Shown here piece after piece: positions 1-10,163 of a stretch of 64,000 bases of DNA; position 1 is the stretch's first letter, and each line of letters starts with the position of its first letter. The stretch is from Candidatus Cryptobacteroides sp. GTDB taxonomy: Bacteria > Bacteroidota > Bacteroidia > Bacteroidales > UBA932. The notes beneath the pieces were generated by a model. That model was not told where the DNA came from, ran no database searches, and saw nothing but the letters and a program-made list of their open reading frames with translations. The DNA is taken from contig JAZUFA010000056.1 of NCBI GenBank assembly GCA_045640445.1, positions 4,208-68,207 of the forward strand, read 5' to 3'. Both the position numbers and the translations under genes were made by a program.

Positions 1-1645
1 GGACAGCCGCATCGCAAAGGCGGACGGCGACCCTCTCAAGGTCGCAGCTGCAAAGGAGGAGGCCGAGAGGCGCGAGGCCGACTGGCTGGCCAAGGCGAAG
101 GAACTGTCCGTAGAGCTTGCAAGAGTATTCCCGGACCATAATGCGGACCACTATTACCAGCTCATAAAGGAAGGCCGTGAGAACAACCGCAAATATGTGA
201 AGATCGGCACTCCGGTCGACCGCAACCTCAGGAACGAAATCCTCGAGTTCCCCCTCTTCAGGGATGGACGTTACAGGAGCGGGCTCATCATAGAGCAGGA
301 TTACATCCGCAAGTATCCTTACGGAAAACTGGCAAGGCGCACTATCGGATTCGTCCGCAACAACAAGTCAAACGTGGGCAACACCCATATAGGCCTCGAA
401 GGCAAGTTCGACCACATCCTCCACGGCACCAACGGAAAGGAGTACCTGCGCGTGACCGACCACGGCCGCATGCGCGACAACGACAGTACATTCGTGAAGG
501 CCATCGACGGTCTTGACCTGCGCACCACCATCAACATCGACTACCAGGAAATAGCCGACAAGGCCCTGCGCGAGCAGATTGAGGTCGAGGAAGACCTCGA
601 CGGCGCATGCCTCGTGCTCATGGAAGTCGGCACAGGCGCAATCAGGGCTATGGTCAACCTTGTCAGGGACCAGCAGTCCGGCACCTTCGAGGAGATCCAG
701 AACCTCGCCATCGGCCGCAAGTGCGAGCCCGGCTCCGTATTCAAGACCGTGACCCTCATGAGCGTGCTCAACGACGGATTCATCAAAAGCCTCGAGGAGA
801 CGCTTCCCGCCGGAAGCGGCCACGTTGAAGGCACCAGCATCAACGACCCCCACATCCCCGACTTCGTCCACAGTCATGGCGGCGTCCATGAAATATCCAT
901 CATCGACGGATTCAAGATCTCGTCCAATTACGTATTCGCCACACTGGCCGTCAAGAACTACGGCAAGCATGGAACGACCGACAACACCAGGAGGTTCCTC
1001 CAGAACATCTACACATACAAGTTGGGAGAGGCTTACGACTTCGACCTCGACGGAATGCTCACCCCTACCATTCCCAGCCCCGACACACGCTACTGGACGA
1101 ACACCGACCTCGGCTCCATTGGCTTCGGATACTCCACCGAGGAGACTCCGATGCACATCCTCACCTTCTACAATGCGATTGCAAACAAGGGAAAGATGAT
1201 GAAGCCCTATCTGGTTGAGAGCATCGATGACGTCAACGGCAAAACCGTCGACAAACGCGGCCCCAGCATACTCAATTCGGCCGTATGCACAAAGGCTGTA
1301 GCCGACACCATCACCCGCGCCCTGATCGCCGTAACGGAAGAAGGTACGGCAAAAAGGCTCAAGAGCGCGAAATGCACCGTTGCAGGAAAGACGGGAACAT
1401 CTTTCGGAACATTCGATAACGGCCAGTATTCAGACGCACAGGGCCGCAAGAAATACCAGGGAACCTTCGTCGGGTTCTTCCCCGCCGAGGACCCCCAGTA
1501 CAGCGTGATCTGCGCAGTATACTCGAAGCCTACGAACAAACAGTTCCAGGGCGGTGGAATTCCGGCCAGGGCAATCAAGACACTCATCGACGGTCTGTAC
1601 TGCATGGATCCATACTTCAGACCACAATTGGAGAAAGCAAAATGA
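1..1645 (+). CDS. ftsI: Penicillin-binding protein FtsI/PBP3 (5'-truncated by window edge)
   Basis: Frame is open from base 2 (D-S-R-I-A-K...) into the ORF-track protein. Transpeptidase motifs SxxK (EPGSVFK), SxN (ISSNY) and KTG (GKTGT). First visible gene of the dcw cluster, ATGA overlap with murE. Confidence 0.93.
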   Translation, partial: DSRIAKADGDPLKVAAAKEEAERREADWLAKAKELSVELARVFPDHNADHYYQLIKEGRENNRKYVKIGTPVDRNLRNEILEFPLFRDGRYRSGLIIEQDYIRKYPYGKLARRTIGFVRNNKSNVGNTHIGLEGKFDHILHGTNGKEYLRVTDHGRMRDNDSTFVKAIDGLDLRTTINIDYQEIADKALREQIEVEEDLDGACLVLMEVGTGAIRAMVNLVRDQQSGTFEEIQNLAIGRKCEPGSVFKTVTLMSVLNDGFIKSLEETLPAGSGHVEGTSINDPHIPDFVHSHGGVHEISIIDGFKISSNYVFATLAVKNYGKHGTTDNTRRFLQNIYTYKLGEAYDFDLDGMLTPTIPSPDTRYWTNTDLGSIGFGYSTEETPMHILTFYNAIANKGKMMKPYLVESIDDVNGKTVDKRGPSILNSAVCTKAVADTITRALIAVTEEGTAKRLKSAKCTVAGKTGTSFGTFDNGQYSDAQGRKKYQGTFVGFFPAEDPQYSVICAVYSKPTNKQFQGGGIPARAIKTLIDGLYCMDPYFRPQLEKAK

Positions 1646-3090
1646 AACTGAGCGAGCTCATAAAGAATACAGGAATCACATCGGTATCGGGTAACACCGA
1701 CATCGACATCACCTTTGCAACCAACGACTCCCGCAAAGTCGTTCCCGGCACCCTCTTCGTGGCCGTCACTGGCTGCGGAAACGACGGCCGTGCCTTCATT
1801 CCCGCCGCAATAAGGGCGGGAGCGGTTGCCGTGATATGTGAAGGATGGACGGATTATCCCGGCTGCACCTCTGTGACGGTCGAGAACAGCAGACTCGCAG
1901 CAGCCATGGTCGCTGATGCATTCTACGGCCACCCCAGCAGGGAGCTCAAGCTCGTGGGAATCACCGGCACAAACGGAAAGACCACTACCGTCACCCTCCT
2001 GTACAACATGTTCATGAAGCTCGGTTACGGCTGCGGGCTCCTGTCGACCATAGCAAACTATGTGGGCACGGAGCGCCTCGAAACAGCCAACACCACCTCC
2101 GACCCGTTCACCATCAATTCGCTCATGGCGAAGATGGTGGCTGCAGGTTGCGAGTACTGCTTCATGGAGGTGAGCTCCATCGGCATCGAGCAGGACAGGG
2201 TCAGCGGCCTGGACTTCAATGTGGGCATCTTCTCGAACCTCACACATGACCATCTCGACTATCACGGCACCTTCGCCGAGTATCTGAGATGCAAGAAGCT
2301 CTTCTTCGACAGACTCCCCCGCAAGGCCGTCGCCATCATCAACGCAGATGACCGCAACGGCATGATAATGACACAGAACACCAAGGCTGAGGTGATGACC
2401 TACAGCTGCCGCAGCATTGCGGACCACAGCTGCCGCATAATCGAGCAGAGCTTCGACGGAATGCTCCTCAGGATAGACGGCACCGAGGTATGGTCCCGCC
2501 TTGTAGGTGCGCACAATGCCTACAATCTGCTCGCAATCTACTGCGCCGCCATCGCACTTGGCGCCGACAGGGAGGAAGCCCTCGTCGCACTGTCATCGCT
2601 GCAGCCGGCACCCGGACGCCTCGAGAGCATGAGCGGACCGAGAGGCATCAACGTCATCATCGACTATGCACATACCCCTGACGCCCTCGAGAACGTGCTC
2701 AAGACTCTCAGGGACGTGGCTCCCGAGCACCAGCTCTGCTGCCTGTTCGGATGCGGCGGCGACCGTGACAGGACCAAGCGTCCCGAAATGGCAGCAATTG
2801 CCGAGAAGTATGCCGACAGGATCATCGTAACCTCCGACAACTCCCGCACAGAGAGTACGAAGAATATAATCGAGGAGATCGTGACGGGCTTCACACCCGC
2901 CGGAAAGGCAAAAGCAGTATGCATACCCGACCGCAGGGAGGCCATCAGATGCGCCATAATGTTCGCTCCGCAGGACGCCACGATACTGCTCGCCGGCAAA
3001 GGACACGAGACTTATCAGATAATAGGAAAGGAAAAGACCCACTTCGACGAAAGGGAGATAGTGGATGAAATTTTCAAAACGATTGAATAG
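1642..3090 (+). CDS. murE: UDP-MurNAc-Ala-Glu--meso-DAP ligase
   Basis: GITGTNGKTT P-loop, MEVSS, NLTHDHLDYH, DYAHTPDAL, GCGGDRD, DNSR (DNPR-like), AGKGHE. Confidence 0.97.
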   Translation: MKLSELIKNTGITSVSGNTDIDITFATNDSRKVVPGTLFVAVTGCGNDGRAFIPAAIRAGAVAVICEGWTDYPGCTSVTVENSRLAAAMVADAFYGHPSRELKLVGITGTNGKTTTVTLLYNMFMKLGYGCGLLSTIANYVGTERLETANTTSDPFTINSLMAKMVAAGCEYCFMEVSSIGIEQDRVSGLDFNVGIFSNLTHDHLDYHGTFAEYLRCKKLFFDRLPRKAVAIINADDRNGMIMTQNTKAEVMTYSCRSIADHSCRIIEQSFDGMLLRIDGTEVWSRLVGAHNAYNLLAIYCAAIALGADREEALVALSSLQPAPGRLESMSGPRGINVIIDYAHTPDALENVLKTLRDVAPEHQLCCLFGCGGDRDRTKRPEMAAIAEKYADRIIVTSDNSRTESTKNIIEEIVTGFTPAGKAKAVCIPDRREAIRCAIMFAPQDATILLAGKGHETYQIIGKEKTHFDEREIVDEIFKTIE

Positions 3091-3093
3091 GAT

Positions 3094-4251
3094 ATGCTAT
3101 ACCATCTTGTAAAATGGCTTTCAGACCTCGGACTCGACATCCCCGGTGCCGGTTTGATGAACTACCTGTCATTCAGGGCTATGCTGGCAGCTGTGTTCAG
3201 CATGCTCATCGCATTCTTCGCAGGCGGGAAGATCATACACTGGCTGCAGAGGAAGCAGATCGGTGAGACCATACGCGACCTCGGACTCGAAGGTCAGATG
3301 CAGAAGAAGGGCACACCCACGATGGGAGGTATCATCATCATCCTGGCCGTTGTCGGATCGGCGCTTCTGGTCTGCAGGCTCGACAGCATCTACACCCTGC
3401 TGCTCCTCCTCACCACCCTCTGGTGCGGTGCGATCGGCTTCACCGACGACTACATCAAGGTATTCAAGCACAACAAGGAGGGAATGAGCGCCAAGGGCAA
3501 GCTCGTCCTCCAGTTCGGCCTGGCCCTCACAGTTGCCGTGACCGTATGCATCAGCAAATCGATTCCCACCGACAACCTGGTCACGACTATCCCCTTCGTA
3601 AAGGCGCACGAGTTCGACTATTCATGGCTCTCACCCTTCAAAGGACAGCTGGGAGTATATTGCTCATGGGGCATCTACATGGCGATGATCATCATTGTCA
3701 TACTCGCCTGCTCCAACGGAACCAACCTCACCGACGGAATGGACGGCCTGGCAGCAGGCACATCCGCAATCGTCGGAATCGCAATAGGTATCATGGCATG
3801 GCTCAGCGGTGACGCCCTGGATGCAAAGTACCTTAACATCATGCTTATCCCTGGCGCCGGTGAAGTCGCAATCTACATGGCGGCATTCGTAGGCGCACTG
3901 CTCGGATTCCTCTGGTACAACTGCTTCCCCGCCCAGGTATTCATGGGCGACACGGGCAGCCTCACCATCGGCGGCGTGATCGGCGTGAGCGCAGTGCTCA
4001 TACGCAAGGAACTCCTCCTCCCCATACTCTGCGGCATCTTCCTCATGGAAAGCCTCTCAGTCATCATCCAGCGCACCCACTTCAAGCGCACCAGGATCAA
4101 ATACGGCGAAGGCAGACGCGTGTTCCTCATGGCTCCCCTCCACCACCATTACCAGAAGAAGGGTGTTCCCGAGCCCCGCATCGTTAGCAGATTCTACATC
4201 ATAGGTATCATACTGGCAGTTTCAACATTGGCACTTTTGAAGATAAGATAA
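3094..4251 (+). CDS. mraY: Phospho-MurNAc-pentapeptide translocase
   Basis: KKGTPTMGG, DDYIK, NLTDGMDGL, VFMGDTGS, MAPLHHHY; multiple TM segments. Confidence 0.97.
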   Translation: MLYHLVKWLSDLGLDIPGAGLMNYLSFRAMLAAVFSMLIAFFAGGKIIHWLQRKQIGETIRDLGLEGQMQKKGTPTMGGIIIILAVVGSALLVCRLDSIYTLLLLLTTLWCGAIGFTDDYIKVFKHNKEGMSAKGKLVLQFGLALTVAVTVCISKSIPTDNLVTTIPFVKAHEFDYSWLSPFKGQLGVYCSWGIYMAMIIIVILACSNGTNLTDGMDGLAAGTSAIVGIAIGIMAWLSGDALDAKYLNIMLIPGAGEVAIYMAAFVGALLGFLWYNCFPAQVFMGDTGSLTIGGVIGVSAVLIRKELLLPILCGIFLMESLSVIIQRTHFKRTRIKYGEGRRVFLMAPLHHHYQKKGVPEPRIVSRFYIIGIILAVSTLALLKIR

Positions 4252-5585
4252 TGGCACGCTTAGTAGTTTTGGGCGGAGCAGAAAGCGGCGTGGGCGCTGC
4301 AGTGCTCGCAAAGGTCAAAGGATTCGACGTATTTCTCTCAGACAAGGGACAGATCAAGGAAGAGTACGCCAGGACACTCCGTGAATGGAACATCCCGTTC
4401 GAACAGGGTGGCCATACCGAGAGCCTCATCCTCAATGCGGACGAGGTTGTCAAGAGCCCCGGCATCCCCTCGACGGCCCCCATGGTGCAGAAGCTGGCGG
4501 ATCAGGGCACGCACATCGTATCCGAGATAGAGTTCGCTTCACGTTACGACAACGCGAAGAAGATCTGCATAACCGGTTCGAACGGCAAGACCACCACCAC
4601 CTCGCTCATCTACTACCTCCTCAAGGAGCCCGACCTCAACGTGGGCCTGGGAGGCAACATCGGAAAGAGCTACGCCATGCAGGTAGCCACCGAGCAGCAC
4701 GACTACTACGTACTGGAGATCAGCAGCTTCCAGCTTGACGACACCTATGACTTCCGCCCCGACATCGCCATCATCACCAATATCACCCCCGACCATCTCG
4801 ACCGCTATGACCACAAGATGGAGAACTACGTGAAGGCCAAGTTCAAGATAACCCAGAACCTGCGTCCAGAGGACTGCTTCATCTTCGACTCGGACGACAA
4901 GATCACGATCGAGCACCTCAGCAAGATAGTCCTTCAGGCAAAGATGCTCCCCTTCACCCAGGAGACCAAGGTCGAGCAGGGCGCATATGTCGAGGACGAG
5001 AAGATAGTTGTGAAGTACGAGGAGAGCGAGACCGAGATCTACCTCAAGGAACTCGCACTCGGCGGCAGGCACAACGTATACAACTCGATGGCAGCGGCTC
5101 TTGCAGCCAAGGCCACAGGTATCTCCGACAGTGTGATACGCAACTCCCTCAAGTCCTTCTCACCCATCGAGCACCGTCTGGAGCCCGTGATGAGCATAAA
5201 GGACGTGATGTACATAAACGACTCCAAGGCGACCAACATCGACTCCGCATGGTACGCACTTGAAAGCCAGACAAGCCCCGTCGTATGGATAGTGGGCGGC
5301 AAGGACAAGGGCAACGACTACTCCATCCTCGACGAGCTCGTCCGCACCAAGGTAAGGGCCATCGTCTGCATGGGCGTCGACAACAGCAGGATACACGCCG
5401 CATTCGAGAAGTTCGGGAAACCCATGGTCGACGCACTCTCAGCCGAGGAGGCTGTAAGGAAGTCAGCCGAACTGGCCAAGGCAGGAGACGTGGTTCTGCT
5501 CAGCCCCTGCTGCGCAAGCTTCGACCTGTTCGAGAACTACGAGGACCGCGGACGCAAGTTCAAGGAAGCAGTAAGAAAACTCTAG
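4251..5585 (+). CDS. murD: UDP-MurNAc-Ala--D-glutamate ligase
   Basis: ITGSNGKTTT, GGNIG, EISSFQL, DHLDRY, NDSKATN, LLSPCCASFD. Confidence 0.97.
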   Translation: MARLVVLGGAESGVGAAVLAKVKGFDVFLSDKGQIKEEYARTLREWNIPFEQGGHTESLILNADEVVKSPGIPSTAPMVQKLADQGTHIVSEIEFASRYDNAKKICITGSNGKTTTTSLIYYLLKEPDLNVGLGGNIGKSYAMQVATEQHDYYVLEISSFQLDDTYDFRPDIAIITNITPDHLDRYDHKMENYVKAKFKITQNLRPEDCFIFDSDDKITIEHLSKIVLQAKMLPFTQETKVEQGAYVEDEKIVVKYEESETEIYLKELALGGRHNVYNSMAAALAAKATGISDSVIRNSLKSFSPIEHRLEPVMSIKDVMYINDSKATNIDSAWYALESQTSPVVWIVGGKDKGNDYSILDELVRTKVRAIVCMGVDNSRIHAAFEKFGKPMVDALSAEEAVRKSAELAKAGDVVLLSPCCASFDLFENYEDRGRKFKEAVRKL

Positions 5586-5591
5586 ACCCTC

Positions 5592-6971
5592 ATGGCAGCA
5601 AAGAAGAAAAAGTCACTCTGGAACTTCGCAGACAGTCTTGAAGGCGACAAGGTGGTGTGGATCATCGTCTTGATGCTCATCCTGTTCTCGATTGTCTGCA
5701 TATTCTCATCCACCTCGAGGCTTCTCGAAGGCGGACAGACCAGACTCGACATTGTCCGCAGCCAGCTGTTCATCGTGGCAGGTGGCCTTGCGCTCATTAT
5801 CATTTGCTACAACATAAAGAACATAAAGATATTCCAGTGGTGCTCGAAGTGGGGATTCCTGCTGTCGCTGATCCTTCTTGTCCTCCTGCTGATGAGGGTC
5901 GACCTTCCGTTCCTCAAGTCGATTGAAATCAACGGCGCCAGGCGCATTCTCAGGGTCGCAGGCTTCCAGCTGCACGTATTCGAGGTGGTCAAGGTCGCAA
6001 TGGTAATGTACATGGCCTGGGCAATAGACGCACTCAAGAACGGCAACGTCAGATGGCCGAAGAAATATGAAGGAAAGAAGTACCTCATATGGAAGAAGTT
6101 CGTCTACCTGTACATTCCTTTCCTTGTTACTTTCATCATGGTGCTCAGCGGTTCCAATTCCGCCGCCCTGTTCCTCGGTGGAATGATGTTCATCATCCTG
6201 CTGCTCGGAGGCGGTAACGCCAAGGAGCTCGGTATCCTGGCATTGTCCGGCATAGTGCTCCTGCTGCTCTGCATCGGAATCTACAAGATTTCGAACGGAA
6301 AGGTCCTCGGACGTATCGGCACAGGCATCAGCCGTATCTTCGATGACGAGGACTGGGAAAAGCAGGCGAGGGAGTCAAAGAAGGGCTCGATAGAATACCA
6401 GCAGGCTCTGGACGAAATACGCCAGCCCTACAGCGCGAAGATCGCAGTGCATGAAGGCGGATTCCTGGGCAAAGGCCCCGGTCAGAGCACCCAGCGCTAT
6501 GTGGTTCCCGACATTTCCGAGGACTACATGTTCAGCTTCATCATAGAGGAGTACGGTCTGCTTGGAGCGATCCTGGTGATATTCCTTTATGTGTCCCTGA
6601 TGGCAAGGGCCACCATCATAGTAAGGAACTGCGGCAATGACCTCTACGCCAAGCTAAGCGTGGCAGGTCTGGCCATACTCATAACAGGACAGGCCTTCCT
6701 CCACATGTTCGTGAATGCCGACATCGGGCCCATGACGGGACAGACGCTTCCGCTCATCAGCCACGGAAACTCGGCGTTCCTGTGCTTCAGCCTGGCGTTT
6801 GGAATAATACTCAGTTTCAGCAGAATCGCATCGCGCAAAATCAACAAGGAAATAGAGCAGGCCGTACCTCTGGTGGAGGCTCACGAGACAGTTCAGGAGA
6901 CACACGGGGAAATGACGGCGGACGATGAGTTAATGAATGAATACAACGAATATGACATACAGGAAGATTAG
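5592..6971 (+). CDS. ftsW: SEDS family peptidoglycan polymerase FtsW
   Basis: Multi-TM; NGARR, GKGPGQS, DYMFSFIIEEYG, TGQTLPLISHG; lies between murD and murG. Confidence 0.93.
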   Translation: MAAKKKKSLWNFADSLEGDKVVWIIVLMLILFSIVCIFSSTSRLLEGGQTRLDIVRSQLFIVAGGLALIIICYNIKNIKIFQWCSKWGFLLSLILLVLLLMRVDLPFLKSIEINGARRILRVAGFQLHVFEVVKVAMVMYMAWAIDALKNGNVRWPKKYEGKKYLIWKKFVYLYIPFLVTFIMVLSGSNSAALFLGGMMFIILLLGGGNAKELGILALSGIVLLLLCIGIYKISNGKVLGRIGTGISRIFDDEDWEKQARESKKGSIEYQQALDEIRQPYSAKIAVHEGGFLGKGPGQSTQRYVVPDISEDYMFSFIIEEYGLLGAILVIFLYVSLMARATIIVRNCGNDLYAKLSVAGLAILITGQAFLHMFVNADIGPMTGQTLPLISHGNSAFLCFSLAFGIILSFSRIASRKINKEIEQAVPLVEAHETVQETHGEMTADDELMNEYNEYDIQED

Positions 6972-8076
6972 GGTCATCATCAGTGGTGGCGGTACCGGCG
7001 GGCACATTTTCCCCGCAGTGTCCATTGCAAACAAACTCAAGGAAGTCAACCCCGAAACAGAGATACTGTTCGTCGGTGCAGAGGGCAAGATGGAGATGGA
7101 GAAAGTCCCCGCAGCAGGCTACAGGATAGTAGGTCTGCCCATCGTCGGCATCCAGCGCCAGCTCAACTGGAAGAACATAATCAACGACATCCAGGTGCCG
7201 TTCAAGATACTCGCCAGCATAAGGAAGGCAGGGAAGGTAATCGACGAGTTCAAGCCTGATATAGCCATCGGTGTGGGTGGCTATGCCAGTGCCCCCCTGC
7301 TCTGGAAGGCCACCGCAAAGAAGATCCCCGCTCTCATCCAGGAGCAGAACGGATTCGCAGGTCTCACCAACAAGATACTTGCAAAGAGGGTGGGCAGCAT
7401 ATGTGTTGCATATGACGGTATGGAGCGCTTCTTCCCCGCCGACAAGATCACGTTCAGCGGCAACCCCATCCGCTCGGTGATCCACCCGTACAGCGAGGAG
7501 GAGAAGCAGCAGGGCTACGAATACTACAAGCTCGACCCTTCAAGGAAGCAGCTGCTCATAGTTGGCGGAAGCCTCGGTGCAGGAACCCTCAACAAGGCCA
7601 TGCGCAAATGGATAGAGGACGGATGCCCCGGATCCGAAGGCATAGAGGTTCTCTGGCAGTGCGGACGCTACTACAAGAAAGGCATAGATGAGTTCATGGC
7701 AGGCAGGGACCTCCCGTTCATTCACCATACCGACTTCATCGGCAGGATGGACCTCGCATACGCATGTGCCGATGTGATCATCAGCCGTTCCGGAGCATCA
7801 TCGGTGTCCGAGATATGCGCAGCCCACAAGGCGGCCATCTTCGTTCCCAGCCCCAATGTGGCCGAGGACCATCAGACCCACAACGCAATGGCACTCGTAA
7901 GCAAGGATGCCGGCGTGCTGGTGCGTGATGCGGAGGCGGAAAGCAGGCTGATGCCCACAGCCATCGAGCTCCTCGGAGATCCTGAAAGGATTGCCACACT
8001 CGAGAGGAACGTGGCACCTCTCGCGAGACCGGATGCGGCACAGACAATAATAGACGAAGTTTACAAACTGATATGA
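6937..8076 (+). CDS. murG: Lipid II GlcNAc transferase (start may be ATG 6952)
   Basis: SGGGTGGHIFPA, GGYAS, EQN, GGSLGA, SRSGAS, DHQTHNA. Confidence 0.97.
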   Translation: MNTTNMTYRKIRVIISGGGTGGHIFPAVSIANKLKEVNPETEILFVGAEGKMEMEKVPAAGYRIVGLPIVGIQRQLNWKNIINDIQVPFKILASIRKAGKVIDEFKPDIAIGVGGYASAPLLWKATAKKIPALIQEQNGFAGLTNKILAKRVGSICVAYDGMERFFPADKITFSGNPIRSVIHPYSEEEKQQGYEYYKLDPSRKQLLIVGGSLGAGTLNKAMRKWIEDGCPGSEGIEVLWQCGRYYKKGIDEFMAGRDLPFIHHTDFIGRMDLAYACADVIISRSGASSVSEICAAHKAAIFVPSPNVAEDHQTHNAMALVSKDAGVLVRDAEAESRLMPTAIELLGDPERIATLERNVAPLARPDAAQTIIDEVYKLI

Positions 8077-9419
8077 CGAACGTATATTTCATTGGAATAG
8101 GCGGCATTGGCATGAGCGCCATTGCCAGGTACTTCAAGTTCAAGGGGCTTGAGGTGAGCGGATACGACCGTACTCCCAGCGAGCTTACAGCCAGGCTGGA
8201 GGCCGAGGGCATAGCAGTGCATTATGAGGACCGCCCGGACCTCATTCCGGCTGACATAGCCCAGACTCTCGTCATATATACACCCGCGATACCTGCAGAA
8301 CTAGGAGAACTGCAGTATGTCAGGGAAAAGGGATACCGTGTGGTCAAGCGCAGCCTCGCCCTCGGCGAGATTACCGCCGGCCAGACCTGCCTTGCAGTTG
8401 CAGGCACCCACGGAAAGACCACCACGAGCACCCTCGTAGCCCATATACTTACGGAAGCCGGCTCGGGATGCTCCGCATTCCTCGGAGGCATCTCCAAGAA
8501 CTACGGCACCAACCTGCTGATGAGCAAGACTCCCACCGTTGTTGCAGAGGCCGACGAATTCGACCGCTCATTCCTGCAGCTGCACCCGGCTATCGCCGCC
8601 ATCACCGCCATGGATGCCGACCATCTCGACATCTACGGCGACCTCGAGCACGTCCAGCAGGCATTCCGGGAGTTCGCCTCACAGGTGAGCGAGACCCTCA
8701 TCCTCAAGTACGGCTGTCCCATCAGCAAGGATGACATAAGTGCGAAGATCTACACATACCACTTCGACAACGAGAAGGCCGACATCCACAGCGCCAACCT
8801 CAGGCTCAGCGAAGACGGCCACTACACATACGACCTTGTCTACCCCGCCGGTGTCCTGAAGGACATAAGGGTCGGCACGCTCGGATGGGTCAATGTCGAG
8901 AACAGTATCGCCGCAGCCGCAATCTGTCTCTGCTACGGCACCGACGCACAGAAGATACGTCATGCCATCGGCACCTTCCAGGGAGCTGAACGCCGCCTCG
9001 ACGAGCACGTCAACAGGCCCGGACTGACATACATCGACGATTATGCCCACCATCCCGCCGAGCTTGCAAGCGCAATCTCCAGCATACGCGGCATATTCCC
9101 CGGCAGGAAGATAACAGCCATCTTCCAGCCGCACCTCTACACCCGCACCCGTGACTTCGCCGCCGAGTTTGCAAAGTCGCTCAGCGCAGTGGACAAGCTC
9201 ATCCTGCTCGACATCTATCCGGCACGCGAGCTGCCCATCGAAGGAGTCACCTCAGAGATCATCTTCAAGGACGTCACAGCACCCCGGAAGAAGATGATAT
9301 CCAAGGAGAAGCTCATGGATTATCTTAAGAAAGAGGATATCGACGTGCTGGTGACCTTCGGCGCCGGCGACATCAGCGCCTTCATAGCCCCCATCACTGA
9401 AATGCTCGAAAAGAGATAG
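8073..9419 (+). CDS. murC: UDP-MurNAc--L-alanine ligase
   Basis: GIGGIGMSA, AGTHGKTTT, EADEFDRSF, DDYAHHP, FQPHLYTRT. Confidence 0.97.
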   Translation: MTNVYFIGIGGIGMSAIARYFKFKGLEVSGYDRTPSELTARLEAEGIAVHYEDRPDLIPADIAQTLVIYTPAIPAELGELQYVREKGYRVVKRSLALGEITAGQTCLAVAGTHGKTTTSTLVAHILTEAGSGCSAFLGGISKNYGTNLLMSKTPTVVAEADEFDRSFLQLHPAIAAITAMDADHLDIYGDLEHVQQAFREFASQVSETLILKYGCPISKDDISAKIYTYHFDNEKADIHSANLRLSEDGHYTYDLVYPAGVLKDIRVGTLGWVNVENSIAAAAICLCYGTDAQKIRHAIGTFQGAERRLDEHVNRPGLTYIDDYAHHPAELASAISSIRGIFPGRKITAIFQPHLYTRTRDFAAEFAKSLSAVDKLILLDIYPARELPIEGVTSEIIFKDVTAPRKKMISKEKLMDYLKKEDIDVLVTFGAGDISAFIAPITEMLEKR

Positions 9420-9422
9420 GAT

Positions 9423-10163
9423 ATGACGACAAAAGTACGACATCTGCTTACTGCATCTTTCATACTGGCATTCGTGATCATAGTCGGTCTGCTTGCCGGG
9501 ATAGGACACAGCTCGCGTGCCGCGCTGTCCTGCGGGGATCTGGACGTACAGTTCACCGACTCACTGGACTTCGTGAACGAGGCGGATGTACGCGCATGCC
9601 TTGAAAAATACTACGGCTGCTACATCGGGCAGAGGATCGACAGCGTCAGGCTCGACGACATGGAACGCATACTCGAGGAGCAGAATGCCATAAGGAACTG
9701 CGAGGCATGGACCACCGACGACGGTCTGCTCCATCTCCTTATAGAGAGAAGGCATCCTATGATACGCTTCATCGACGGATCGGAGGAAGCATATGCCGAC
9801 GAGGAAGGCAACATACTCAGGCTCAAGGACGGCTTCGTTGCCGACGTGCCCGTAATCGAGGGCATCATACCCGAAGACCCGCAGTGGGTCGGCCAGGTCC
9901 TGGGAATGATCGGATACATGGACACACATTACTGGAAGGAGCGCATAAGCGCCATGAAAGCGAACAGGAACGGTGAGCTCATCCTCATATCCGCAGAAGG
10001 CGGTGAGAAGATACTCTTCGGCACACCCACAGAGGTGGAGGAGAAGTTCTGGAGGCTGGGCAAATACTACTCGCACATACTGCCGTCGAAAAATGAAGGA
10101 TACTACAGGACGGTCAACGTGAAATTCAAAAAACAAATAATATGCAGCAGGACAGATATCTAG
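9423..10163 (+). CDS. ftsQ: Cell division protein FtsQ (Bacteroidetes type)
   Basis: N-terminal TM helix, POTRA-like region, C-terminal 'YYRTVNVKFKKQIIC'; lies between murC and ftsA. Confidence 0.85.
   Translation: MTTKVRHLLTASFILAFVIIVGLLAGIGHSSRAALSCGDLDVQFTDSLDFVNEADVRACLEKYYGCYIGQRIDSVRLDDMERILEEQNAIRNCEAWTTDDGLLHLLIERRHPMIRFIDGSEEAYADEEGNILRLKDGFVADVPVIEGIIPEDPQWVGQVLGMIGYMDTHYWKERISAMKANRNGELILISAEGGEKILFGTPTEVEEKFWRLGKYYSHILPSKNEGYYRTVNVKFKKQIICSRTDI

Noticed and set aside
1207-2514. 435-aa antisense ORF, and many similar shadow ORFs (21303-22325, 32924-33712, 57112-57945)
   Set aside because: They lie opposite well-supported genes and have no motifs. Long antisense frames are expected with strong C/G third-position bias.
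2830-2850. MurE DNSR instead of DNPR, as a sign of altered diamino-acid specificity
   Set aside because: The Asp, Asn and Arg that recognise meso-DAP are retained; Pro to Ser alone is weak evidence.
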